From Haliotis rubra (Eukaryota): a stretch of DNA of 64,000 nt. This document shows positions 38,372-51,134 of the stretch, one piece after another. The DNA lies in contig NW_025766525.1 in assembly GCF_003918875.1 (NCBI RefSeq), forward strand, positions 438,865-502,864. Reading direction: 5' to 3'. The first letter of the stretch is position 1. The number at the start of each line of letters is the position of its first letter. Both the position numbers and the translations under genes were made by a program. Under the pieces are notes generated by a model. That model was given only the letters and a program-made list of their open reading frames with translations. It was not told the DNA's origin and did not search any database.

Positions 38372-41003
38372 GTGTGACATGATGGTGGTATTAGACTGTG
38401 TGACATGGTGGTGGTATTAGACTGTGACATGATGGTGGTATGAGACTGTGTGACATGTTGGTGGTATTAGACTGTGACATGATGGTGGTATTAGACTGTG
38501 TGACATGATGGTGGTATTAGACTGTGTGACATGATGGTGGTATTAGACTGTGTGACATGATGGTGGTATTAGACTGTGTGCCATGATGGTATTAGACTGT
38601 GTGACATGATGGTGGGTGATAGACTGTGTGACATGATGGTGGTATTCTACTGTGTGACATGATGGTGGTATTCTACTGTGTGACATGATGGTGGTATTCT
38701 ACTGTGTGACATGATGTTGGTATTAGACTGTGATATGATGGTGGTATTCTACTGTGTGACATGACGGTGGTATTCTACTGTGTGACATGATGGTGGTATT
38801 CTACTGTGTGACATGATGGTGGTATTCTACTGTGTGACATGATGGTGGTGATAGACTGTGTGACATGATGGTATTCTACTGTGTGGCATGATGGTGGTAT
38901 TCTACTGTGTGACATGATGGTGGTGATTAGACTGTGTGACATGATGGTGGTATTAGACTGTGTGATATGATGGTGGTATTAGACTGTATGACATGATGGT
39001 ATAGTGGTATTGTGTGACTGGTGTAGACTGTGTGACATGATGGGTGGTATTAGACTGTGTGACATGATGGTATAGTGGTGGTATTAGACTGTGTGACATG
39101 ATGGTGGTATTAGACTGTGTGACATGATGGTATAGTGGTATTCTACTGTGTGACATGATGTGGTGAGTATTAGACTGTGTGACATGATGGTGGTATTAGA
39201 CTGTGTGCCATGATGGTGGTATTAGACTGTGTGACATGATGGTGGTATTCTACTGTGTAGACATGTGGTATTAGATGACATGGTGGTATACTGTGATGAC
39301 TGTGTGACATGATGGTGGTATTCTACTGTGTGACATGATGGTGGTATTAGACTGTATTGACATGATGGTGGTATTAGACTGTGTGACATGATGGTGGTAT
39401 TAGACTGTGTGACATGATGGTGGTGATTCTACTGTGTGACATGATGGTGGTATTAGACTGTGACATGATGGTGGTATTCTACTGTGTGACATGATGGTAT
39501 TAGACTGTGGTATGGTGGTATTCTACTGTGTGACATGATGTTGGTATTAGACTGTGTGACATGATGGTGGTATTCTACTGTGTGACATGATGGTATTGAC
39601 TGTGTGACATGATGGTGGTATTAGACTGTGTGACATGATGGTGGTATTAGACTGTGTGACATGATGGTGGTGATAAGACTGTGTACTGTGTGACATGATG
39701 GTGGTATTCTACTGTGTGACATGATGGTGCTATAAGACTGTGTGACATGATGGTGGTATTAGACTGTGTGACATGATGGTATTCTACTGTGTGGCATGAT
39801 GGTGGTGATAAACTGTGTGACATGATGGTGGTATTAGACTGTGACATGATGGTGGTATTAGACTGTGTGATATGATGGTGGTATTAGACTGTATGACATG
39901 ATGGTATAGTGGTATTAGACTGTGTGACATGATGGTGGTATTAGACTGTGTGACATGATGGTATAGTGGTATTAGACTGTGTGACATGATGGTGGTATTA
40001 GACTGTGTGACATGATGGTATAGTGGTATTAGACTGTGTGACATGATGGTGGTATTAGACTGTGTGACATGATGGTATAGTGGTATTCTACTGTGTGACA
40101 TGGTGGTATTGGACTGTGTGACATGATGGTGGTATTAGACTGTGTGACATGATGGTGGTATTCTACTGTGACATAATGGTGGTATTAAACTGTGTGACAT
40201 GATGGTGGTATTAGACTGTGTGACATGATGGTGGTATTAGACTGTGTGACATGATGGTGGTATTCTACTGTGCGTGATGGTGGTATTCTACTGTGTGACA
40301 TAATGGTGGTATTCTACTGTGTGACATGATGGTGGTATTAGACTGTGTGACATGATGGTGGTATTCTACTGTGTGACATGATGGTGGTATTCTACTGTGT
40401 GACATGATGGTGGTATTAAACTGTGTGACATGATGGTGGTATTAGACTGTGACATGATGGTGGTATTAAACTGTGTGACATGATGGTGGTATTAGACTGT
40501 GTGACATGATGGTGGTATTCTACTGTGTGACATGATGGTGGTATTAGACTGTGACATGATGGTGGTATTAGACTGTGTGACATGATGGTATTAGACTGTG
40601 TGACATGATGGTGGTATTAGACTGTGTGACATGATGGTGGTATTAGACTGTGTGACATGATGGTGGTATTCTACTGTGTGACATGATGGTGGTATTAAAC
40701 TGTGTGACATGATGGTGGTATTAGACTGTGTGACATGATGGTGGTATTAGACTGTGTGACATGATGGTGGTATTAGACTGTGTGACATGATGGTGGTATT
40801 CTACTGTGTGACATGATGGTGGTATTAGACTGTGTGACATGATGGTGGTATTAGACTGTGTGACATGATGGTATTAGACTGTGTGACATGATGGTGGTAT
40901 TAGACTGTGTGACATGATGGTGGTATTAGACTGTGTGACATGATGGTGGTATTAGACTGTGTGACATGGTGGTGGTATTCTACTGTGTGACATGGTGGTG
41001 GTA
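38372..41003. repeat. Minisatellite, 26 bp unit (gactgtgtgacatgatggtggtatta), about 100 copies
   Basis: Direct reading. Variants ctactgtg and gactgtg alternate. Confidence 0.9.
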
Positions 41004-41246
41004 TTAGACTGTGAAGTTAAGATGATATTGTGTGTTCTGTGATGCAGGATGTCTATGGCACCCCAGGTATTAGACTGTGAAGTAAAGATGATATTGTGTG
41101 TTCCATTGATGCAGGATGTCTATGGCACACCAGGTATTAGACTTTGAAGTAAAGATGATATTGTGTGTTCCGTGATGCAGGATGTCTATGGCACCCCAGG
41201 TATTAGACTGTGAAGTAAAGATGATATTGTGTGTTCCGTGATGCAG
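41000..41246. repeat. About 68 bp unit x4 tandem repeat made from the exon-4 acceptor, the first 19 nt of exon 4 and one unit of the 26 bp minisatellite
   Basis: gtgaagtaaagatgatattgtgtgttccgtgatgcag|GATGTCTATGGCACCCCAG|gtattagact is repeated four times. The fourth copy continues into the real exon (…CCCCAGGAAGGACATC…). Confidence 0.85.
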
Positions 41247-41361
41247 GATGTCTATGGCACCCCAGGAAGGACATCTTGTGTCTGCTGAGTCAGCAACAAT
41301 GCAGCTTCTACTTCCGACACACTCACAACAAGAGCAGCTATGCCTTCCCTCAGTTGGAAAG
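41247..41361 (+). CDS. WDCP: WDCP-like gene, coding exon 4 (G|GCLWHPRKDILCLLSQQQCSFYFRHTHNKSSYAFPQLE, phase 1 in, phase 2 out)
   Basis: Acceptor gtgatgcag|G and donor GAAAG|gtgagt. It continues exon 3 in phase. Recollected WDCP has [17 protein letters not shown] here. Confidence 0.6.
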
Positions 41362-41439
41362 GTGAGTTCATTTTGGAGGTGAAAGTCACTCCATTTTGTC
41401 CACCCCTTAATGACCCCTCCCATCATTTGTCAACCCAAC

Positions 41440-44003
41440 TGTACCACTGCACCCTGGGCTGTACCACTGTACCCTGGGCTCTCCCACTGTACCCTGGGCT
41501 GTACCACTGTACCATGAGCTCTCCCACTGCACCCTGAGCTCTCCCACTGCACCCTGAGCTCTCCCACTGTACCCTTGGCTCTCCCACTGTACCCTGAGCT
41601 GTACCACTGTACCATGAGCTCTCCCACTGCACCCTGGGCTGTACCAGTGTACCCTCGGCTGTACCACTGTACCCTGAGCTGTACCACTGCACCCTCGGTT
41701 GTACCACTGTACCCCTCGGCTGTACACACTGCACCCTGAGCTCTCCCACTGTACCCTCGGCTGTACCACTGCACCCTGAGCTGTACCACTGTACCATGAG
41801 CTCTCCCACTGTACCATGAGCTCTCCCACTGTACCATGAGCTGTACCACTGTACCCTGAGCTCTCCCACTGTACCTGAGCTGTACCACTGTACCCTGAGC
41901 TCTCCCACTGTACCCTGAGCTCTCCCACTGTACCCTGAGCTGAACCACTGTTCCCTGATCTGTACCATTGTTCCCTGGGCTGTTCCCTGGGCTGCACCAC
42001 TGTACCCTGAGCTGTACCACTGTTCCCTGAGCTGTACCACTGTACCCTGAGCTGGACCACTGTTCCCTGAGCTGGACCACTGTTCCCTGAGCTCTCCCAC
42101 TGTTCCCTGAGCTCTCCCACTGTTCCCTGAGCTCTCCCACTGTACCCTGAGCTGTACCACTGTTCCCTGAGCTGTACCACTGTTCCCTGGGCTGTACCAC
42201 TGTTCCCTGAGCTCTCCCACTGTACCCTGAGCTCTCCCACTGTTCCCTGAGCTCTCCCACTGTACCCTGAGCTATACCACTGTTCCCTGAGCTTTACCAC
42301 TGTTCCCTGAGCTCTCCCACTGTACCACTGCTCTCCTGAGCTGTACAGACTGTTCCCCTGAGCTCTCCCAATGTTCCCCTGAGCTGTACCACTGTTCCCT
42401 GAGCTGTACCACTGTACCCCTGAGCTCTACCACTGTACCCTGAGCTAAACCAGTTCCCTGATCTGTACCATTGTTCCCTGGGCTGTTCCCTGGGCTGTAC
42501 CACTGTACCCTGAGCTGTACCACTGTTCCTTGAGCTCTCCCACTGTTCCCTGAGCTCTCCCACTGTACCCTGAGCTGTACCACTGTTCCCTGAGCTGTAC
42601 CACTGTTCCCTGAGCTCTCCCACTGTACCCTGAGCTGTACCACTGTTCCCTGAGCTCTCCCACTGTACCCTGAGCTGTACCACTGTTCCCTGAGCTCTCC
42701 CACTGTACCCTGAGCTGTACCACTGTTCCCTGAGCTCTCCCACTGTACCCTGAGCTGTACCACTGTTCCCCTGAGCTGGACCACTGTTGCCTGAGCTCTC
42801 CTAATGTTCCCTGAGCTCTCCCACTGTTCCCTGAGCTCTCCCACTGTTCCCTGAGCTGTAACACTGTTCCCTGAGCTGTAACACTGTACCTTTGGTTCTT
42901 CCACTATACCCTGAGCTGTACCACTGTACCCTGGGCTCTCCCACTGTACCCTGAGCTGTACCATTGTACCCTTGGCTCTCCCACTGTACCCTGAGCTGTA
43001 CCACTGTACCCTTGGCTCTCCCACTGTTCCCTGAGCTGTACCACTGTACCCTGAGCTGTACCACTGTTCCCTGAGCTGTACCACTGTTCCCTGAGCTCTC
43101 CCACTGTACCCTGCGCTGTACCACTGTACCCTGATCTCTCCCAATGTTCCCTGAGCTGTACCCCTACCCTTAGCTCTCCCACTGTACCCTTGGCTCTCCC
43201 ACTGTACCCTGAGCTGTACCACTGTACCCTTGGCTCTCCCACTGTACCCTGAGCTGTACCACTGTACCCTTGGCTCTCCCACTGTACCCTGAGCTGTACC
43301 ACTGTACCCTTGGCTCTCCCACTGTACCCTGAGCTGTACCACTGTACCCTTGGCTCTCCCACTGTACCCTGAGCTGTACCACTGTACCCCTTGGCTCTCC
43401 CACTGTACCCTGAGCTGTACCACTGTCCACTGTACCCTGAGCTGTACCACTGTACCCTTGGCTCTCCCACTGTACCCTGAGCTGTACCACTGTACCCTTG
43501 GCTCTCCCACTGTACCCTGAGCTGTACCACTGTACCCTTGGCTCTCCCACTGTACCCTGAGCTGTACCACTGTACCCTTGGCTCTCCCACTGTACCCTGA
43601 GCTGTACCACTGTACCCTTGGCTCTCCCACTGTACCCTGAGCTGTACCACTGTACCCTTGGCTCTCCCACTGTACCCTGAGCTGTACCACTGTACCCTTG
43701 AGCTGTACCACTGTCTGGCCCACTGTACCCTGAGCTGTACCACTGTACCCTTGGCTCTCCCACTGTACCCTGAGCTGTACCACTGTACCCTTGGCTCTCC
43801 CACTGTACCCTGAGCTGTACCACTGTACCCTTGGCTCTCCCACAGTACCCTGAGCTGTACCACTGTACCCTTGGCTCTCCCACTGTACCCTGAGCTGTAC
43901 CACTGTACCCTTGGCTCTCCCACTGTACCCTGAGCTGTACCACTGTACCCTTGGCTCTCCCACTGTACCCTGAGCTGTACCACTGTACCCTTGGCTCTCC
44001 CAC
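41440..44003. repeat. Minisatellite, 20/40 bp unit (ctgtaccactgtaccctgag / ctctcccactgtaccctgag), about 2.5 kb
   Basis: Direct reading. It is pyrimidine-rich on the plus strand, so the long minus-strand ORFs in the track are artefacts of the repeat. Confidence 0.9.
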
Positions 44004-44600
44004 TAGGCACTGTGTGTGTGAACTACAGCATGAACCTGCATCTGCATCAATAGTTTCATTTCCTCCCCTGCACCCTGATCTCTGCACCTTGATCATGTTG
44101 ATGATTGAGTGCGGTCTGACAGCTTTTGTCAATTAATTGTGATAAAGAAATGATATGTAGGGTAACCGGGACATTTAGATCTCATTTTCAGATTCAATTT
44201 CCTCACAGCATGGTGATAAAGTCAATATTTATCTTAACCTTTGTATGTTCAAGGTTAATAAAATAAGTAAGTTTCGCTAGTCGGTGAGTAATACCTCAGT
44301 TATTTTGAATACATGTAGAATGATTTGTGAGTTGGAGAGTTATGTTATTTCAGCATTTCATAAATTAAATTTGTGTAAGTGTTTAGATGACATAGTTGAT
44401 GTAGTGTTTGCCTGTTAATGTTGTGTATGGTTACTTTCAATTATCATCTAGAATTTGTTTGAAACCTGGCCAGATTTCTATTCATAAATCAACTGTAAAT
44501 AGGTGTTGACCATCCCAGGCATAGTGTGCTTCCTGGAAGATAATATGCTGTTGTTGATGGTATATTGTAAACCCCCTAATATGGTGGATCTGTATTTCAG

Positions 44601-44673
44601 TGGTAGAATCACCTGCGGTACATGGTCGGAGGATGGACAGAGGCTGGTGCTGTGTGTGGGCACCGTGGTGCTG
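44601..44673 (+). CDS. WDCP: WDCP-like gene, coding exon 5 (S|GRITCGTWSEDGQRLVLCVGTVVL, phase 2 in, phase 0 out)
   Basis: Acceptor ctgtatttcag|T and donor CTG|gtaaga. Recollected WDCP has [23 protein letters not shown]. Confidence 0.65.
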
Positions 44674-44714
44674 GTAAGACTACTTCAGGTCTTCAGCAAA
44701 CAGTCGTCTGTTGT

Positions 44715-44790
44715 GGTGCCTGTTGTTCGACCCCCCCAAAGTACTAGAATCTGTACTATACTAAGACAGCGAAACCAAAGTTGCTGAAGT
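44715..44790 (+). mobile_element. SINE family C 3' fragment
   Basis: …cccccaaagtactagaatctgtactatactaagacagcg… shares caaaagtactagaatctgtact with the 18312 and 18593 copies. Confidence 0.4.
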
Positions 44791-44971
44791 ATGAGCATGA
44801 AAACAGAAACACAACAACATGACAGAAGTCATTAATACATTAATACATGAACAGTAAACGTTCACAGACTATGCTTCATCAACACAAAATGTCAACACCC
44901 TTGAAATGCGGAGTAATGGAACTCAAGCACCTGCCCACTATATCATCAGTCAAACAGTTGTCTATAGGCAC

Positions 44972-45690
44972 CCAGTGCTTGTTCGCCTGTATGGATGCAA
45001 TGGAAAGAGTAGGGTCCCAGATCACAGTGCTTGTTCCCCTGTATGGATGCAAGGAAAGAGTAGGGTCCCCGATCACAGTGCTTGTTCCCCTGTATGGGTT
45101 TCAAGGAAAGAGTAGGGTCCCCGATCACAGTGCTTGTTCCCCTGTATGGGTTTCAAGGAAAGAGTAGGGTCCCCGATCACAGTGCTTGTTCCCCTGTATG
45201 GGTTTCAAGGAAAGAGTAGGGTCCCAGATCACAGTGCTTGTTCCCCTGTATGGGTTTCAAGGAAAGAGTAGGGTCCCCGATCACAGTGCTTGTTCCCCTG
45301 TATGGGTTTCAAGGGAAAGAGTAGGGTCCCAGATCACAGTGCTTGTTCCCTGTGTATAGGTTTCAAGGAAAGAGTAGGGTCCCCGATCACAGTGCTTGTT
45401 CCCCTGTATGGGTTTCAAGGAAAGAGTAGGGTCCCAGATCACAGTGCTTGTTCCCCTGTATGGGTTTCAAGGAAAGAGTAGGGTCCCAGATCACAGTGCT
45501 TGTTCCCCTGTATGGGTTTCAAGGAAAGAGTAGGGTCCCAGATCACAGTGCTTGTTCCCCTGTATGGGTTTCAAGGAAAGAGTAGGGTCCCAGATCACAG
45601 TGCTTGTTCCCCTGTGTGAATGCAAGGAAAGAGTAGGGTCCCAGATCACAGTGCTTGTTTTTTTAGTGGAGATTCAAGGGCAGAGTGGGT
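44972..45690. repeat. Minisatellite, 52 bp unit (gaaagagtagggtccc(c/a)gatcacagtgcttgttcccctgtatgggtttcaag), about 13 copies
   Basis: Direct reading. Confidence 0.9.
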
Positions 45691-45731
45691 CCCTAACATC
45701 TGGGTGTGTTAATTAAATGTTTTTGTTTCAG

Positions 45732-45799
45732 GTGTACATATGGCCAAACATCGAGACTTCAATATCTGACTTCACCCCAGCAGCCTGGAAGGTTCCTGG
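45732..45799 (+). CDS. WDCP: WDCP-like gene, coding exon 6 (VYIWPNIETSISDFTPAAWKVPG, phase 0 in, phase 2 out)
   Basis: Acceptor ttttgtttcag|G and donor CCTGG|gtaagg. Recollected WDCP has HSYIWDSAQKTL…. Confidence 0.6.
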
Positions 45800-45814
45800 G
45801 TAAGGCACCATAAA

Positions 45815-48395
45815 CTAGGGTGGGGATTCATTATGTACCAATACACCAGGGTGGGGATTCACTATGTACCAATACACCAGGGTGGGGATTCACTGTGTAT
45901 CCTGTACACCAGGGTGGGGATTCACTGTGTACCCAGTACACCAGGGTGGGGATTCACTGTGTACCCTGTACACCAGGGTGGGGATTCACTGTGTACCCAG
46001 TACACCAGGGTGGGGATTCACTGTGTACCCAGTACACCAGGGTTTGGGATTCACTGTGTACACCAGTACACCAGGGTGGGGATTCACTGTGTACCCAGTA
46101 CACCAGGGTGGGGATTCACTGTGTACCCAGTACACCAGGGTGGGGATTCACTGTGTACCCTGTACACCAGGGTGGGGATTCACTGTGTACCCTGTACACC
46201 AGGGTGGGGATTCACTGTGTACCCAGTACACCAGGGTGGGGATTCACTGTGTACCCAGTACACCAGGGTGGGGATTCACTGTGTACCCTGTACACCAGGG
46301 TGGGGATTCACTGTGTACCCTGTACACCAGGGTGGGGATTCACTGTGTATCCTGTACACCAGGGTGGGGATTCACTGTGTACCCTGTACACCAGGGTGGG
46401 GATTCACTGTGTACCCAGTACACCAGGGTGGGGATTCACTGTGTACCCTGTACACCAGGGTGGGGATTCACTGTGTATCCTGTACACCAGGGTGGGGATT
46501 CACTGTGTACCCCACTGTACACCAGGGTGGGGATTCACTGTGTACCCAGTACACCAGGGTGGGGATTCACTGTGTACCCAGTACACCAGGGTGGGGATTC
46601 ACTGTGTACCCTGTACACCAGGGTGGGGATTCACTGTGTACCCTGTACACCAGGGTGGGGATTCACTGTGTACCCTGTACACCAGGGTTGGGGATTCACT
46701 GTGTACCCAGTACACCAGGGTGGGGATTCACTGTGTATCTTGTACACCAGGGTGGGGATTCACTGTGTACCCAGTACACCAGGGTGGGATTCACTGTGTA
46801 CCCTGTACACCAGGGTGGGGATTCACTGTGTCACCCAGTACACCAGGGTGGGGATTCACTGTGTTCCCTGTACACCAGGGTGGGGATTCACTGTGTACCC
46901 CTGTACACCAGGGTGGGGATTCACTGTGTACCCTGTACACCAGGGTGGGGGATTCACTGTGTACCCACTGTACAAGCACACCAGGCTGGGGATTCACTGT
47001 GTACCAAGTACACCAGGGTGGGGATTCACTGTGTACCCTGTACACCAGGGTGGGGGTGATTCACTGTGTACCCAGTACACCAGGGTGGGGATTCACTGTG
47101 TACCCTGTACACCAGGGTGGGGATTCACTGTGTACCCTGTACACCAGGGTGGGGATTCACTGTGTATCCTGTACACCAGGGTGGGGATTCACTGTGTATC
47201 CCTGTACACCAGGGTGGGGATTCACTGTGTACCCTGTACACCAGGGTGGGGATTCACTGTGTACCCAGTACACCAGGGTGGGGATTCACTGTGTACCAAG
47301 TACACCAGGGTGGGGACCCTGTACACTGTGTACCCAGTACACCAGGGGGTGGGGATTCACTGTGTACCCAGTACACCAGGGTGGGGATTCACTGTGTACC
47401 CAAGTACACCAGGGTGGGGATTCACTGTGTACCCAGTACACCAGGGTGGGGATTCACTGTGTACCCTGTGTACACCAGGGTGGGGATTCACTGTGTACCC
47501 CTGTACACCAGGGTGGGGATTCACTGTGTACCCTGTACACCAGGGTGGGGATTCACTGCCCTGTACACCAGGGTGGGGATTCACTGTGTATCCTGTACTC
47601 CAGGGTGGGGATTCACTGTGTACCCTGTACACCAGGGTGGGGATTCACTGTGTATCCTGTACACCAGGGTGGGGATTCACTGTGTATCCTGTACACCAGG
47701 GTGGGGATTCACTGTGTACCCAGTACACCAGGGTGGGGATTCACTGTGTACCCTGTACACCAGGGTGGGGATTCACTGTGTACCCAGTACACCAGGGTGG
47801 GGATTCACTGTGTACCCAGTACACCAGGGTGGGGATTCACTGTGTACCAAGTACCCAGTACACCAGGGTGTGGGATTCACTGTGTACCCTGTACACCAGG
47901 GTGGGGATTCACTGTGTACCCTGTACACCAGGGTGGGGATTCACTGTGTACCCTGTACACCAGGGTGGGGATTCACTGTGTACCCTGTACACCAGGGTGG
48001 GGATTCACTGTGTACCCTGTACACCAGGGTGGGGATTCACTGTGTACCCTGTACACCAGGGTGGGGATTCACTGTGTACCCTGTACACCAGGGTGGGGAT
48101 TCACTGTGTACCCTGTACACCAGGGTGGGGATTCACTGTGTACCCAGTACACCAGGGTGGGGATTCACTGTGTACCCTGTACACCAGGGTGGGGATTCAC
48201 TGTGTACCCTGTACACCAGGGTGGGGATTCACTGTGTATCCTGTACACCAGGGTGGGGATTAACTGTGTATCCTGTACACCAGGGTGGGGATTCACTGTG
48301 TACCCAGTACACCAGGGTGGGGATTCACTGTGTACCCAGTACACCAGGGTGGGGATTCACTGTGTACCCTGTACACCAGGGTGGGGATTCTCTAT
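45815..48395. repeat. Minisatellite, 32 bp unit (cagggtggggattcactgtgtaccctgtacac), about 80 copies
   Basis: Direct reading. It is G-run rich on the plus strand, and the 871-aa ORF in the track is this repeat translated. Confidence 0.9.
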
Positions 48396-49774
48396 ACCCG
48401 ATTATTCCTGGAGGGAGATGCACTCTTTGTTGTAAAATGTTATTTCACAGCATGATAATGTAGCCTGGTGCACTGATCCATATAGCTATGTTAGGAGTGT
48501 TACGAGTGGAGAGATCACACAACAATTTAAAATAGTTTTAATACTGGCAGTCTATACATATATACAAATGTGCAAAACAAGTATCATGGTATATGTTAAA
48601 AGTCTTACTTTGGTTATCGCATGGATATACAATTGTTCCTGCTCCATCACATTCCTCAGAATAATAACACATAGAATCCTTCACATGAAATTCACTCTAT
48701 GCCGACATGGCATATTCAAGTAGACAGTTTAAACTTGCCGACATGGCCAATCCGTTCAGTTCACTCCCGACCTGGGCACTGATCACTGTGTGTGTTACCT
48801 TGCTTGAACAAGTCAAAAACCCAAGCTACAATTATATAACATCGTTGTTTCATTACCCCAGCTTACTTATAGACAATGGAGAGTGGTCACTGGTAAGCAT
48901 AGCTTCTCAGTTAAGGTGAACAGGTATTGTAGGGAATGTAAATATATTTTAGAATGACTTCAGATTTATAAATATATATACAGAATTATGTATAGATATA
49001 CAAGACATTCTCATAACAGGAGACTGGAGCCACACGTCCACCAGCTGTGCTGTAATGTAAATAATCCCTCAGTGTATTGAGTGTTGTTGAGTCAGCCATA
49101 CAGCATCCCAAATAAAAGTCAATGCTGGAATTTTATGTTTCAGTCAACGTCCATTCATACTTGAACATGTGGACTGTCTGTACATAATTCACTGCTGTGT
49201 TTAGACAACAGGAAGCCCCAGGGAGTAGAGCTCCTTTATTACCCAGTATGTCCATGTAGGTTAAAATTAGGCCATGTATTTGTTGTGGAAAACAGTGTTC
49301 CCTATGTTTACCTTTGCTAGTAGAGCTATACTCAAAGATCAGGTGTATGTATTTAAGACAACTTATAATAGCCTACCGTCGTCCCTCTATGTTCATAGAC
49401 AAAGGATTCAATGAACACAGGATACATTTATGAGTTTTCATTGTTATTCCAATGTTTTAAAACATTTTCTGAAGTTACTGTCCATTATACATCCTCAAGT
49501 CAATTATAAATGTGACAAATTGTACTGATACTGACAGAAGATTGCATCAGTCAGTCCTGAACTGTAGTTACAGACACCACTTATGAAGTAACAACAGAAT
49601 CTGTTACTGATATCTATACAGGTCAGAGCTACGCCAGTTTGATGAAAGTATTGCACCAGCTTTATGCTAGATACAAGGTTGTTTTGTGAATGTTAAGAAG
49701 TTATACTTCAGATATATCCAGTATGTTTTTATAAACTTTATAGATCAGGAGGGCAGACTGGGTGTTTGGTTTTT

Positions 49775-50060
49775 TTCTGGTAATTTTATGTTGTTGCTCA
49801 TGATGTCAGGCCATGGATTGACTTGACTATACTCAGTTACGGACAGGCCAACTTATGCCTGGAATATTGCTGAGTGCCTTGTCTTATCCTCAACAATGCT
49901 CTCAGGTGTGGAGTCGTTATCTCACCTGTGTTGCTCATGATGTCAGGCCATGGATTGACTTGACTATGTTCAGTTACGGACAGGCCAACTTATGCCTGGA
50001 ATATTGCTGAGTGCCTTGTCTTATCCTCAACAATGCTCTCAGGTGTGGAGTCGTTATCTC
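49775..50060. repeat. About 132 bp segmental tandem duplication (2 copies) containing a SINE-B tail fragment, directly upstream of the exon-7 acceptor
   Basis: gttgctcatgatgtcaggccatggattgacttgactat(a/g)ctcagttacggacaggccaacttatgcctggaatattgctgagtgccttgtcttatcctcaacaatgctctcaggtgtggagtcgttatctcacctgt appears twice. Confidence 0.85.
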
Positions 50061-50116
50061 ACCTGTGTTGCTCATATCAAGGATGACGATGTAGACCTGC
50101 TGTTGTTATGTTGCAG

Positions 50117-50242
50117 CCTGGACGGCAGCATCACCTCCATCGTGTCCCTGTCCCATGATTCCCTTGTGTGTGCGACCCATGAGTGCGACCGAGTTGCCGC
50201 TAGAGTCACTGTGTAAACAGCGGGACATGTTTGTTGTGCCAG
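50117..50242 (+). CDS. WDCP: WDCP-like gene, coding exon 7, disrupted by a 13 bp tandem insertion (50178-50190) that shifts the frame
   Basis: Strong acceptor tgttatgttgcag|C and strong donor CCAG|gtaatg. Frame A gives G|LDGSITSIVSLSHDSLVCAT then HECDRVAARVTV*. Frame C gives …ATELPLESLCKQRDMFVVP and is in phase with exon 8. Removing one copy of the direct repeat gcgaccCATGAGTgcgacc yields the continuous peptide LDGSITSIVSLSHDSLVCATELPLESLCKQRDMFVVP with correct phases on both sides. Recollected WDCP has …[24 protein letters not shown]…. Confidence 0.55.
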
Positions 50243-50279
50243 GTAATGTACCCATGGAAACTTAGGATAGTGATACAGG

Positions 50280-50455
50280 GGTGCAATACGGATGACCTGG
50301 TCACATTCCGTATTGCACCCCACATTCCGTATTGCACCCCACATTCCCCACATTCCGTATTGAACCCCACATTCCGTATTGCACCCCACATTCCGTATTG
50401 AACCCCACATTCCATATTGAACCCCACATTCCATATTGAACCCCACATTCCGATT
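50280..50455. repeat. Short minisatellite, about 21 bp unit (cacattccgtattgcacccca)
   Basis: Direct reading. Confidence 0.85.
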
Positions 50456-51134
50456 AATGCAGATATGAGGGTATGTAATAAATATAGAACATCATACTAG
50501 GGCATTTGGATGTTTTGTATTGGACTCAAAGCATTTCGTTGTTTCCCTGCTCCCATGACATCTTCTTGTTCAATACAAAACATCCAGCTGCACTAGTATG
50601 ACGTTCTATATATTTATATCATCAAATATACCATGGTACATGGCCATTGTTAATAGAATGAAAAGCGTGTGGTGTTCCCTATCTTCTTTTGAGCAGTATT
50701 TGTAACTGATATAGTGCAGTATTCACTCAGTGTGTATAGTACATTCTATATGTTGTAAGGTTAGTTGATAATAGCCCTCTAGTCGTCACGGTTTGACTGC
50801 CTTCTTCATGTTGCATGTTATGCAGTTGACGAGAGGTTGTCACTATCAATATGGTCAGCACATTTGTGTTTTGTCTCAACCAGTCTTTCCATGACAGATA
50901 GTGAGGTAACCTTGGTAACACCTTCTCCAGCAGTTGGTGCTGGATTATTGTACAAGTTTGTAAACATTCCTGACTGAATATTGATACAGATTTACTTGAC
51001 TGATTACATGAGTACGACTGCCGTATGGTGTGGTGTTGCACCATGATACATCAGGACACCGTGCCTCTATATACAACCCTGACGGATGGAGTCTCATATG
51101 TTTCAATGGAGTCAACAGTGAACTACAATTTCAG

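Noticed and set aside
41407-44132. Multiple long minus-strand ORFs (up to 563 aa) rich in GTAQGTV/VQWESSGYSG
   Set aside because: They are artefacts of the 20/40 bp minisatellite, which is open in all frames on the minus strand. It is intronic.
45820-48463. Very long + strand ORFs of 871, 799, 465 and 408 aa
   Set aside because: They are translations of the 32 bp minisatellite. The peptides are periodic (…GIHCVPCTPGWGFTVYPVHQGGDSLCT…) and have no start context. The region lies inside an intron between exons 6 and 7.
48860-48890. Candidate 31 bp mini-exon with acceptor ccccag and donor ACTG|gtaagc
   Set aside because: Its length does not fix the exon 6 to exon 7 phase. The phase problem is explained instead by the 13 bp insertion in exon 7.
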